Source of the DNA: Schmidtea polychroa
Taxonomy: Eukaryota
Direction: 5' to 3'
Assembly: GCA_044892525.1 (NCBI GenBank)
Contig: CM097886.1
Span: 179,230,312-179,294,311 of the forward strand
Length of the DNA: 64,000 nt
In this document: piece after piece, positions 48,001 to 61,293 of the stretch
Position numbering within the stretch: position 1 is the stretch's first letter
How the letters are laid out: every line of letters starts with the position of its first letter
Position numbers and translations under genes: made by a program
The notes under the pieces: generated by a model
Seen by the model: the letters and a program-made list of their open reading frames with translations, nothing else
What the model was told of the DNA's origin: nothing
Databases searched by the model: none

Positions 48001-48923
48001 ATCAGGATTATTAAATAGACAAAATCGCAAAAAGGAGTATTGTGTTAAATCTAATATTAGATTATTTTTAATTGAATTATATTTTCGAGCTCATATAATC
48101 ATAAATGAGTTATTGAAATATTTAGGGGGGGGGTACAAATTTGTATTTTACCTGGGACCCCAAAATAACCTAGGGCTCTACTTAAATTGTGTTTTTCGGT
48201 TCGACCGAAATATCATTTTATAATTGTGTTTTCTGTTAAAAGTAATGTGCTAGTCACAATCGATCCAACTCCAAGATGTCCTTTTAATATCAAAATCACA
48301 AGACACTCAACAATATCATTATTTGAATCAGTACATCTATTATTGGAATTTTGATTGGTCGGTAATAAATATCCAATTGATATCCGTTTCGTAAAGGTCA
48401 ATCGGTTGGCAGAGTTATGAATTTAATTTTATAATAATGTTAGCATATAATAATGTTAACATATAATCACAATTTTCATTATTATCTTTATTAATCCGTT
48501 CTTTAGTTTGTTTAATTTGACCAAATTCTGAACCAATTATGTCTGTAAACTCTGCAAAACTCTGCAAAATAATAAAAGTTACAAAGTTTTATCTGCTATA
48601 AAGAATAAATTTTTAAACATTCTCCTGTTGAGAAGAGTTGCTAAGTTGTATATAAGTTTGAGATAATAAATTCGTGTGGAGTCCTTATTATTATAACCGT
48701 GACTACAAAGAGTAGGATACTTGAAATTTTCTACCGAAAATATTATAAAACCCCGAAAAATGTGATGAATGTGTTTTTTTATAATTCATAATTTTGTTTA
48801 AAACGGTCATTTATTATTATTTCTCAACTTTAAAAAAACTCTCATTAATTAAATTAATTAAAATTAATTTGATGAATAATTTATTTTTCCAAATCTTCAG
48901 TTATATTTCAAAATCAGATTTCA

Positions 48924-49290
48924 TTAACGACAATATATTTTCCTTGGCGTGCATCTTGATTTAATGCCAACAGGTCTGTAGAATAGAATGAAGCATGAAA
49001 ACCAACGGTTCCAGTAGAAACTACAGAATCTCGAAGCACAAAATAGGTATCGTTTTACTATTTTAGCTTCATTTTCCAGTTTCGCATCATTAACTAAATT
49101 AATTAATTAATTAATTAACTAAAATTAATTAAAAAATATAATTAATAGTATGTGAGTGTGAGATAAACGTACAATGATCCAATTCTTTTCCCGTCACTTC
49201 CGCTTCATCCTTTGAATCTTGATCCGTTTCCACATCACAGAAAATCGGAACAATCACCAATAGTCCTAAAAGTAAATAGAAAAGCTTCAT
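48924..49290 (-). CDS. Secreted Cys-rich prepropeptide A, copy 3
   Basis: Identical to copy 1. Confidence 0.88.
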
Positions 49291-50589
49291 GATTAAAATC
49301 GTGTCGGTTCTGTGTGATATTTATACTAATAATCAAAATGAACTTATTATTTTAATTATTAGATTCTATTACTGATAAATAGTAATGATAAGGCCCTGTC
49401 GGTTTTCAAATTAAAAAAATAAAACAAAATGAATGAACTTAAAAATATAATACAAATAAATAAAAAATTATATATATATTTAAAAATTTTAAAAAAGATT
49501 TTATGTTAAAAATTACACATGGTCTTGTTGCGGGGGTTCAATTGAGAGTCCCGGAATAGTTTTGGCCTGATTAATAAAATGTTGATGTATTATTTTTGTA
49601 ATAAATTTGTTTTATTTAACAATTTTTTTTCTTTTTTTTTACCAGTAAATTTTTTTTTATATTTCACCATTGACTGATTTTGAACTTGAATTAACATTTT
49701 ATTAATTTCTAATTATAAATCAAAATTTTTATTTATTTAGTACTGAAACTGGAAAAATTAGAAAAATGCAATTTTTGAAATTAATTAAAAATTAATTAAA
49801 AATTAATTAAAAAGAAAAAATTTTTTCTTTCATTCTTTTTTTTATTTATGAAAATCTCTTTTAAATAACTTTTATAAAAATGGTTATAAAAATTAATTAT
49901 ATTAATTAGAAATTAATTAATAATTAATTAAAAAGAAAGAATTCTTTCTTTCATTCTTTATTTTATTTATGAAAATCTCTTTTAAATAACTTTTATAAAA
50001 ATAGTTATAAAAATTAATTAAAGTAATTAGAAATTAATTAAATATTAATTAAAAAGAAAGAATTCTTTCTTTCTTTCATTCTTTATTTTATTTATGAAAA
50101 TCTCTTTTAAATAACTTTTATAAAAATGGTTATAAAAATTAATTAATTTAATTAGAAATTAATTAAAAATTAATTAAAAAGAAAGAAATCTCTTTTAAAT
50201 AATTTTTAAGTAATTATTGTCAGTAGTATATATGGGCATCAATCATTTGGTATCCGGTATCATGGATTTGTTAAAGACTGCTTGAATCCTTTACTTTAAA
50301 AATTACTACTTCTGTAGGAGTATACTCATAGGCAACATACCCCAATATACTCTTCTCGTATCCTTGTTGGGTCCGCGTACCTTATACCTAAAAAGTAATC
50401 AAGTTTATGACATTTTTAATTGAAGTAAAATAGATATTTAAAATAGACATTGAACTATATGAAGTATATGAAAATGAAGATTTTATCTTTTGCTTATGTA
50501 ACTTTTCAAAGTTGACATGGATAAATAATAAGTTCATCAACGTCAACAGCATCTATATATAAAACCCTCTGCCAGTTACCAGAATCATA

Positions 50590-50935
50590 ATGATGACGGC
50601 CTTTTATCTTACGATTCTTTTTACACTTTTATTATCGGTTTATGGTAAGTATGAGTATGAGGAAATGGTAGAACACGAAAATGATTTTGAAGTGAAAAAT
50701 TTAGTCGAGGGTAAATTTAATTTAATTAATTGAAATTAATTTGATGTTAATTTTTTGTGAAGATCAAGAAGAAATAAGCGATGAAGAGCAATCGGGTGAA
50801 ACTAAACGAATTAATAGAAGAAACTTTTGTGGTTTAAGACAATGCCGTATCCTTTACCGAAGATGGTTCACTTGCACGATATATCTCTACCGAATAGGTT
50901 TGATTTGTAAACCTCGCTCTTTTCGTTGCATCTAG
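50590..50935 (+). CDS. Secreted Cys-rich prepropeptide B, copy 3
   Basis: Identical to copy 1. Confidence 0.88.
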
Positions 50936-51808
50936 ACGGGAACTGTATACATAATGATTGCTTAAATACATTATGATGATTCACTAATTTATTTCATTGT
51001 TTATATATACATGTAAATATACATATAGCAAATTAATAGATTTTTAAAATTTGATAAATCATGATTTTTCACAAGTATATACGTCGTATTTTATGTATAT
51101 TATGATAGAAACAATTTCTTAACACTGTATTGTACTTAGATTTTCTCAATGCAATCTTTACCTTATAATTTTGATTTTTTACTAGTAATATACAAAACAA
51201 ACGTTGAACCAGTTATAAATAAATTTTGACTCTTTTCTCTTTTTTTATCGAAAAGATTATGGGGCAAATTGCCCCGGGCAATTTGACTTTTAAACTCTAT
51301 TGTTTGGGACATAGAGCTTAGTATGATGAGAAGCATTGGTTTAGAGTGTGTCAACGGATATTTCACCATTATTGCTATACTAATTCTCTGGCATCGTATA
51401 GACAACTTTTGAATTGCCTATTGTAAATTGACTTTTTAATGATACAAGTTGTAATTATCATACTATGAATGGCCAAGAAACGTTTACATGCTGGAATAAG
51501 AAAAGTTATACATTAAAAATACCCTGGCATGATGAAAGAAAATTAAAACTTCAATAAAAGGTTTAAAATAGGGTATGAATTAAACTTCAAGTAAAATTAT
51601 TGTTAAGTTCAAGTAAAAATATATAAAAACAGCTAATTTTAATTTAAAATTAAATTATCTAACAAGTAATGCTTTCTTAGCTTTTTCTGGTTTACCTCTC
51701 TTTATTTTCCACCTTTTTTATTATTTCTACCCGAATTTCACTTGGCGATTATTTTAAAATTTTCGCTTCAATGAAAAAATTTGCATAAGTTAATTAAATA
51801 AAAATAAT

Positions 51809-52174
51809 GGTACTTCCGTGTTATCTTACCCCCAAAAATTAAATTTGAAAAGAACACATATAATTATTATATTAATTTTCTAAATCACAGTTACAAACTC
51901 AGCAGATGTTTGTAAAGAGTTTGTAAATGGTCATCCAGGTGGCCAGGAAACCACAATGTCGTTGAGAATAGTGTCGAACACATCGGCAATGTTGCTTAGA
52001 ACACGTTTGCGCCACATAAACTCACATAATCATATAATCACAGATAGCCTTAATAAATTCATGTTCAATAATGTTCAATAACGTCATCAATAATGTATTC
52101 TCTTATTTTTTATATTGTTATTTTAATTGTATTTTATAATTTAATTTTTGGGGGTAAGATAACACGGAAGTACC
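51809..52174. mobile_element. Merlin-like MITE, copy 3
   Basis: Same TIR/TSD. Confidence 0.85.
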
Positions 52175-53487
52175 AAAATAATTTTTCTTTGATTAAAACT
52201 TATTTAAATCACACTGAAAAGGTTTGCAAATTTTAATGTTGATAAATCGTTGACTACGTCAAAAGGTGCACCTAAAATCTATTTGAATTAAAGGCTCTCT
52301 GTATCCTATTTTCGACTTTCTTAATCTTTTGGATTTAGAGATACTTTTGGTTGGAAATCGGATATCAGAGATGGGAAATGTTTTACAAGATATTGTGGTA
52401 ATCAACATTTTTACCATAAAAATGGCGGTACCAAAATAATGACAAAATATATTCAAACAAATATGTAAACCATTTCTGGCGTTTTTATTAAATATTTAAA
52501 TTTAATTGTGGTTGGTCAGAAATTTTTTTTTGTTTTTATCAGACTCGAATAAACTGACAACTCTATTAATAAAAAATGAAATAAAATTCAAAAAGATGAA
52601 ATCCTTCCATATAGTTGGGTAATGAAAGTTAATGATGAAAAAGGTGTTCGTACTGTCCATAAAATACTATTTAATCTTTTTAATCAAATGTTTATCCGAG
52701 TATCCTTATGAAAGATATCCTTGCACTAAGTTTATTCAATATATACCCAATATATACCCAATGTATTCCCATTTTATTACCCCTAATAAAATTTTTTAAC
52801 TTTTCTAGAAATTAAATAAAAGACACCCTCTCACTCAACATTTCTAAAAGGTTTTTAGACAAATGTTTTAGACCCCTTAACCCTTATTCAAATTAATCAC
52901 TTTCTGGAAAAGTAAAAAAACTTTAATAAGGGTAAAAGGGTCTAAAACTTATGTCTAATAACAGAAATAAAATTTTAAAGAACTTAATAAAAACACCAAA
53001 AATGGTTTACATATTTGTTTGGACATATTTTGTCAATATTTTGCTACCACCATTTTTATCATAATATCCCATCTCTGATGTCCAATTTCCAACCAAAGTA
53101 TCTCTAAATTCAAAAGATTAAGAAAGTCGAAAATAGGATACAGAGGTAACCCTTAACCCAAATATATTTTAGGTAAACCTTTAGATGTAGTCGAAGATTT
53201 GTCAACATTTGAAATTTGCAAACCTTTTCTGTGTGATTTAAATTCGTTTTAATCAAAGAAAAAATATTTTTATTTAATTATCTTATGCAATTTTTTTCAT
53301 TGTAGGGGAAATTTTAAAATGAATCGCCAGAGGAAATTCGGGTGGAAAATGTCAAAATCTCTTCATTATTCACTGACTTTGATTTTAAAGAACTATCAGA
53401 TCAAAGAAAGGCAAAGAACTAATGAGAATTAATTAATAAAAATTATATAAATTCAGATTTATTAAATATTATGAAACGATAAAAATT

Positions 53488-53572
53488 ATGAAAGTGACAA
53501 AATGTTTCCCTTTTAGTGCTTTCATTATAGGAATTCTTACTCAAGTTATTGTTGGTTAGTAATATTTAGTAA

Positions 53573-53658
<86 letters not shown>

Positions 53659-54122
53659 GTACTAATATCATCATTATCATATATTTTAGGAAGTTCTCTT
53701 GTAAATAAGTCTACACTTTTCTGTTATTATTGTACCTCAACTGTGAATCCTTATTGTGGGAATACGGTATCCCCAATTAGACTCTACACAATGATTTGCG
53801 ATCCAGAGCGATATGTTTGTGCGAAACAAGTACAATACTTGGGTTACGAACGTTGAATTTTTAAGGGATTTGTTTAATTATTTAATCAGGCAATCATTCC
53901 TTCGGATACATTCGAACTTGCTACAAGAAAGGTGAGAAGTATTGGATGAACGAAACAATCGGGTGTCAGAACCAAACCAATAAAGAAATTCTTTCGAAAT
54001 ATAATATTACTTTTACAGCCCTGTATTGCTTCTGTAATTCCAATTATTGCAACGGTGCAACAATATTGAAAAATGAGTTTTTAATTTATGTATTTCTCAT
54101 TGAATTAGTGAGTTTGTTTTAA
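53488..54122 (+). CDS. Quiver/Ly6-like protein, copy 3
   Basis: Identical exons; longer intronic TTA run. Confidence 0.85.
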
Positions 54123-55131
54123 TGGATGCTCGTGTTAGGTGTGGTAAAATACTTCTTGTTTTCATAAATAATTATTATTTTATTATTTTCTTATAATAAT
54201 GTGTTGCAACTAATTAAAATTCTTTTATTTAAAATGGATCATTTTCATCNNNNNNNNNNNNNNNNNNNNNNNNNNNNNNNNNNNNNNNNNNNNNNNNNNN
54301 NNNNNNNNNNNNNNNNNNNNNNNNNNNNNNNNNNNNNNNNNNNNNNNNNNNNNNNNNNNNNNNNNNNNNNNNNNNNNNNNNNNNNNNNNNNNNNNNNNNN
54401 NNNNNNNNNNNNNNNNNCGGATGTCTAACATTTGAATAATATAAACTCTATTCTTACTTTTAGCAAGTATCATTTATGTTGTTTGAATCAGACTCGTTTA
54501 CAGCAGTTTATTTCAAACAAAATCTGATTATTCTTTTTTTAAGTTTTATTTTAATCTTTTCGGTGATAATAATTTGATAATTTTCAACTTTTTTTTATTT
54601 TTAATTTGATAAAATTTTTAATATTTATTTAATTCATATTTTGGATAATTTTATATTTTAATTAAAATTTTTCATTTGTACTATTTTTTATATAATTATT
54701 TTATTTCTTTTCGTACAAATACAAATATCGAAAAAATTATGAGAAAATTAAAATAATACAATTGACACTTTTTTATATTTTTCAAAAGAAAACCGTTATA
54801 ACTCACTATCGGATATATATTAATACGTCATACGTCTATCACGTTGCGTCAATAACGCATTATGTTGAATAACTGGGGTTGAGGGTTACGTGAGTATTCT
54901 GAGTTTTACTGAAATATAAAAGATATGCTTGTATAATATAACCTTAATTCTTTCACAATATAGCTTTATATTATATTACAATACACTGATGCTTCACTAA
55001 AAGTCAGATCTATGGTCTATTTATCATGATCTATCACTTACACTAAGTGAATGAAGATGATTTAAATATGAACGTGACTACAGAAATATGTATTTGTTAA
55101 ACAGAAATTCCCATCCGGGCGTTTGTATTGT

Positions 55132-55452
55132 CTAAGCACATTGGCATACTCCAGGGACACATGGTCCAATTGGTCGATAATAGAAATATACCCAACAAGA
55201 ATAGTGTTTGTTCATAGTAACATTGAAAAACCTTGTAGCACACCATTTCGCAGGTCCAAATCCATTTGGATTAAATGGATTGAAATGCCGATCTTCTATA
55301 AACAATATAAATCAAAAATAATATTAATTATTATTATTATAACCTTCTTGATCTTCAGAAAAGTCATCACTTTCTTTTATTTGATTTGTCTCTTTTGCAC
55401 ATATAATTGATAAAATGAAGCAACATCCGAACAAAAGTAAATCTAATTTCAT
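55132..55452 (-). CDS. Secreted Cys-rich prepropeptide C, copy 3
   Basis: Identical to copy 1. Confidence 0.86.
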
Positions 55453-56269
55453 TGTTGTTGATTCGGTCTTGTTGAGATATTTTATAATAATTTTGCGTAG
55501 CTTGTTATGAATGACCATACCAGGGTTTCAAGCGTGGGCTCAGTGTCACCAATAACACATTCCTAGTCAAAATGCTAAACTGTTTTTCTTATTTTATTTC
55601 ACTTGAATTTCATGTTATGACAAATTTTATCAAATTTTCTGAATATATTTCTCATTTATACGTCACATTCTTCAGCAGGGCCGGATAGGTCCTCAGGCTA
55701 AGAAGGTCGAAGTCTAGGATCTCATTTAGTTAAATGTATTTAATCTAAATTTTTACTCAAAATAAATAACAAAACAAAATGTAATATAGATATAAAAAAT
55801 AGGAGCAAAATATTTTGAAAAAACAAAATCTGAAAAAACAAAATGTAATATAGATATTCCTCTTCTATGAATATTCTATGAATATTCCTCTTTTTCATAC
55901 ATGCCTTTGTACGCGCCATGTTCTTAACAGTTTGGCAAGTCCATTTGAATATAATAAATTTTTATTTTCTTCAGACATCTCAAGCAAACATTATTTGATA
56001 ATAAATTTACATTATCTCTAATTACAAGACACTCAAAATTTGGATAGAAGAATTTAGCAATATTTTTAAATTTGTATTCCGCATTGATTAAATATTAATC
56101 AATTAAATGATAAGCCTCTTGCTGAGAAGTATACATTAAATAAAATCAATGAATTTTCAACTATAAAAATAATCCATTTCAATTTCCTTGAAATTTTATG
56201 TAGTTGAAATTTCTTCGCACCAAATATACTTCGCACAAAAAGTCTTAAATTATCAATTAATTGTTTAAC

Positions 56270-56302
<33 letters not shown>

Positions 56303-56542
56303 TTTTTTTATTATTATTAAACTAATGATTTAAATTAGATAATTAAATATTCATATTATTTCAATTGTTTTTTTATAAATTCCAACATTTCTTAAAATAT
56401 CACCATTTGTAAATAAATTACATTCAACCTACTAACAACAATTTGTGGCCTACGACCATTTAGTGAAACAACCGTAAAGTATTGCTTACCGAATTTTTGA
56501 TATAAATAGATTCTTTTACACATTTCACTAAACAAATCAAGC

Positions 56543-56851
56543 ATGCAATTTATTGTGCTCTTCATATCACTCGCTATCTGTCCATTATTACTTGACAATT
56601 TCGTGAAATCGGACGAATCCATGGATAACGTATTAAAAGGTAACTTGAAATTTATCATTGGATTTATATAATTTATATTAAATTCAGTAAATGCATATGC
56701 GAGTCCTGTAAACACGGAACCGAATCGAGTATTCTGTGGTTTTCGCACTGCAAAAGTGAATTTTTATTTAGACTACAAATGTCGGGTACCTTTCTATAGG
56801 GATGCTTCAACTAACGGTCCATGTTTACCTGACAAATGCCAATGCTTTTAA
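56543..56851 (+). CDS. Secreted Cys-rich prepropeptide D, copy 3 (V12I in signal peptide)
   Basis: As copy 1 except GTC>ATC at 56576. Confidence 0.86.
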
Positions 56852-58121
56852 TTTTGCATACTTTATATGTTTCAATTGGTAAAAACAAAAGCTATTTTCT
56901 TTTTATTTGTTATGAAATTTTTATTAATATATTGAAGTGTGATTCTTGTATAAGTTAATAAAATTTGACTAGAAGAACTTAGCAATATTTTTATATTTGG
57001 TGAAATACAAATTTCTAAATATCTCTTATATAAAATAAATGAAGTTTCCCAATTTCAACAGAAAATGCTTATATTTCAAACTTAGGAGTACTAGAATAAT
57101 TTTGATATTTTTATTTCATCTTTTAAATTTTTGCTTGTGCAACCTGGACAAACATAATATTATTTTCAAATTAAATTTGTATTTTATTTGTAAGCGAAAT
57201 TAATGATGTTTTATTTTTAAATATTCTATATGAAATTTCCCACTTAGGATCTCATCAAATTAAAATCCGATGTTTTCTCTACCATTCATTTCCCTAGTAA
57301 CTAGAGTATTTTAAAGGGGAGTGATAGGAATTTGTGATTTTCTACCAATTTATTTTTCTGATTTTTATTAAATTACGCAGACACGATGTTATATTCATGG
57401 AAGGTCATTAATAAGGAAATATGAACCATAAGAATCATACGATCGATTAAAATTATTTTTCAGGTTTTTCTAATTTCCTAAACAAATTTCTGCTATTTCA
57501 ATTTAGATGAATATTTTGATTTGTAATTAGTTTACAACAGAAATTTTAGGGAATTGAAACTTAACAACCCTAAGAATGCTTATCTGCGTTTCCGGTTTTC
57601 TTCTTCGGGATAGGACTAACGTCACATGTGACACGTAGCACATTATCTATGTGGTGTTAAATTATTCAGGTAATCTTGAAGTCATTGCACCGGATTAGTT
57701 AATGGACCACCTAATTCATTCAGTTTGGTTGATATTATTATTATAGATGCCTGGACACATTCAGACAAATTGAGTGACTATTCCTAAATCAAAATTTTTA
57801 ATTAAGATTACTAATAGTGCAAACCTAGAATGTGCTACTTGAAATAAATTAAAATTTTAACTTAATTTACGTAATTGCAATTTTATATCTGAGTAAACTT
57901 ATTCAAACTACAATAAAAACTTTTGATTTTTTATCAAATTAAAATTTGTTAAAATTATTTTTATCATAGAGACAACTAAAAAACTAATTTGATAAAAATA
58001 AATTACAAAATATTTATTTTTAAGAGTCATTAAAATACCATTTGTTTAAATATATTACTTTATTTATAACAAATAGTTTTAATAAGTAAAGACTAGATTA
58101 TTATTATTATTATAGTGAAAA

Positions 58122-61100
58122 ATGACGAAGGATTTATTGGCAGCCCTTAAAGCTGTTAGTTTTATATCAATTATATAAACTATTTGAATTTTGTTAAAAT
58201 TTTATTTTTTGAATAATAATTTAATTAATTTTTAATTGCTATTTAAAGCTATTTTGAAAAATCTCTATTTTTTCAATTTCATGTAATGATGCTGAAATAA
58301 TTAACATTTAGAGCATAATTTAGTGTTTTATCATGTTTAGACTCAACCGGAAGATGAAGACAGTCTTCCGGATACATCAATTAATGTAGATAGTGCACAA
58401 TACATGAATGAATTTTTTAATCAGGTAAAAATGGCAAAAGAAATTAAACTAAATTAAATGAAATTTTAATAAGGTTGAAGACATTAGAACCATGATAGAT
58501 CAAATTCAGAATTTTGTAGACGACGTCAAAAATAAGCACAGTGATATTCTTTCTTCACCACATCAAGATGAGAGTATGGAATCATTTTTCTATATAATGA
58601 AATTAAACTCCTAAAAATCAACTTTGGATTATATATAATAATTATTATTGACTATTAACAGAAACAAAAACACAACTGGAAGAAGCAATGGCTGAAATCA
58701 AGAAAAATGCCAATAAAGTTCGGTTTAAGTTGAAAAGTAATTTCTTTTTCCCGATATAAATTTCGTATTTCACAGTATATTAAACTTATAAATTGTCAAC
58801 GGTTTTTCGGGTATAATTAAATTATAATTAAGCCTAGAAACTATTAAATATTTATTAATAATTTTTAATTGGAATATTCCAAATGGAAAAGTTTTGGCAT
58901 GCATGATTTTATTGTTTAGAATTATCATTATTTGGCTTTGTTTCTGGATTGAGAATTTTTCATATTTGCATCCTGATTTGGTAACCAATAGATTTCCAGG
59001 GTTTGTTGTTGTGCCTGTGTGCGTGCTAGATCAAATGATAGACTTGCACACAGACACGCACACGTTCCTACGGGATTCGTTTAGCGCAATCTGCTATTTT
59101 TACTATATAGTTTATTGATATTATTATTTGTATTATTAGTACACCTATGAAAGCCGATTGATGAGAGATAATTTTGACGCAATGGTAAATAAATCTATCT
59201 CAGGTAGATATATTTATCCCTCGGTTCATTAATATTATATTTGCTGTTTCTAATTGATTTAATTAAATGAGCACTGATAAAGGAGGGGGCGTCGTGCGGG
59301 AGGGAGAGAGAATGAGCGTTGGTTCCCAATTTCCAATCGGAAGTATTTTTTCAGATTTTAATTCAACAAAACAATCCATTGGAAAATTTGGAATTTATAA
59401 AATAATTTTAAAAAATTAAATTTTCTAGATTATTTTTAATCATTTTTTTAAATTCTGAAAATATACTTACAATATCGGAAAATATTTTTAAAAAATGCTA
59501 TATATATATTATTTATTTTATTTTAAATATTTCATTGATTTTTTTTCCTAATTTATAAGAAAAAATTATATTTTTTATTTTATTTTATTTTTAAAACTTT
59601 TATTGATTTTTTTTTAATTCTAAAAATTATATTTTCATTATCGGAAAATAATTTCAATGGTTTTTTTAATTTATAAAAAAAATTAAATTTTCTAGATTAT
59701 TTTTAATCATTTTATAAATTCTAAAAAATATATTTACAATATCGGAAACAAATATTTTAAAAATCCTATATATATATTTTTAAATATTTTATTAATTTTT
59801 TTTAAAAAATTTCAGAAATTTTTTTTAATTTATAAAAAAAATTAAATATTCTAGATTATTTTTAAATTCTTTTTTAATTCTAAAAATAATATTTTCAATA
59901 TTGGCAAAAATATTTTTAATTTATAAGAAAAAACTAAATTTTCTGGATTATTTTTAATCATTTTTTTTATTTCTGAAAATATACTTACAATATCGGAAAA
60001 TATTTTTTAAAAATGCTATATATATTATTTATTTTATTTTAAATATTTCATTGATTTATTTTAAACTAAAAATTATATTTTCAATATCGGAAATTAATTT
60101 CAATGGGTTTTTTAATTTATAAGAAAAAATTAAATTTTCTAGATTATTTTTAATCATTTTTTAATTCTGAAAATATACTTACAATATCTGAAAAATATTT
60201 TAAAAAATGGTATATATATATTATTTATTATTTTTATTTTTAAAACTTTTATTGATTTTTTATAATTCTAAAAATTATATTTTCAATATCGGAAAAAATA
60301 TTTTAAAAATCCTATATTTCAGAAATTTTTTTTTAATTTATAAAAAAAATTAAATTTTCTAGATTATTTTTAAATTCTTTTTTAATTCTAAAAATTATAT
60401 TTTCAAAATTGGCCTAAATATTTTTAATTTATAAGAAAAAACTAAATTTTCTGGATTATTTTTAAAATTTTTTTTAATTCTAAAAATTATATTTTCAATA
60501 TTGGCAAACATTTTTTTAATTTATAAGAAAAAAAATTTTTTTAAAGTATAATTGTATTTTTTGAATTCAAAAAATATATTTACAATATCGGAGAAAATTA
60601 TCATTAAATTTTTGATCGATTTTTAAAAATCCTAAAATTATAATTTATTAAATCGCAAAAAATCCAAAAAATTAATATTGATTTTTGAAAAAAATATTCC
60701 AGGAAATAAATTTACATTTTTAATGCTGTATTCATTTCTATCTAAAAAATAAAGTTTTTCTTTAGATTTTATTCTCTCAAATTTTATATAGATTTTCTTT
60801 ATCAAGAAATTTTCATTTTTCAACTGAATATAAATTAAATTTTTAAATAATTTTTTTTTGATTTTAATAATTTAATTGATTAAAATCTAAAGATTTTAAA
60901 AAATATATTCAAGGATATAAATTATAATATTTTATTCTAAATTAAATTGGAATTGATTCCAGTTAAAAAAATAATATTTTTCAATTTCGATTTTCCGAAA
61001 AATTGTGAAAATTTTTATTGATTTATTAAAAAAATAATTTTTTATATTTTCTAAACTGAATTAATTTTAATGATTTTTAATTTTAATAATTTTTTTATTT

Positions 61101-61293
61101 TTGGAAGAATATTTTCCGATTAATGTTTTTGACCGCTATTCAATAATTTTTTCTTTTTCGTTTCCCAATGAAAAATATTTATATATTTTTATATAAGATT
61201 TAATCGATTTCTTCTGCAGACATTGAGCAAAGCATTGAACAAGACGAAGCGCAAGATAAATCATCTGCTGATTTACGAATTAAAAAAACTCAG
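58122..61293 (+). CDS. STX1: Syntaxin-1 exons 1-5, copy 3; probably the intact gene continuing beyond the window
   Basis: Same coding exons. Intron 5 runs into unique sequence after 63593; exon 6 is not within the window, so completeness is inferred. Confidence 0.85.
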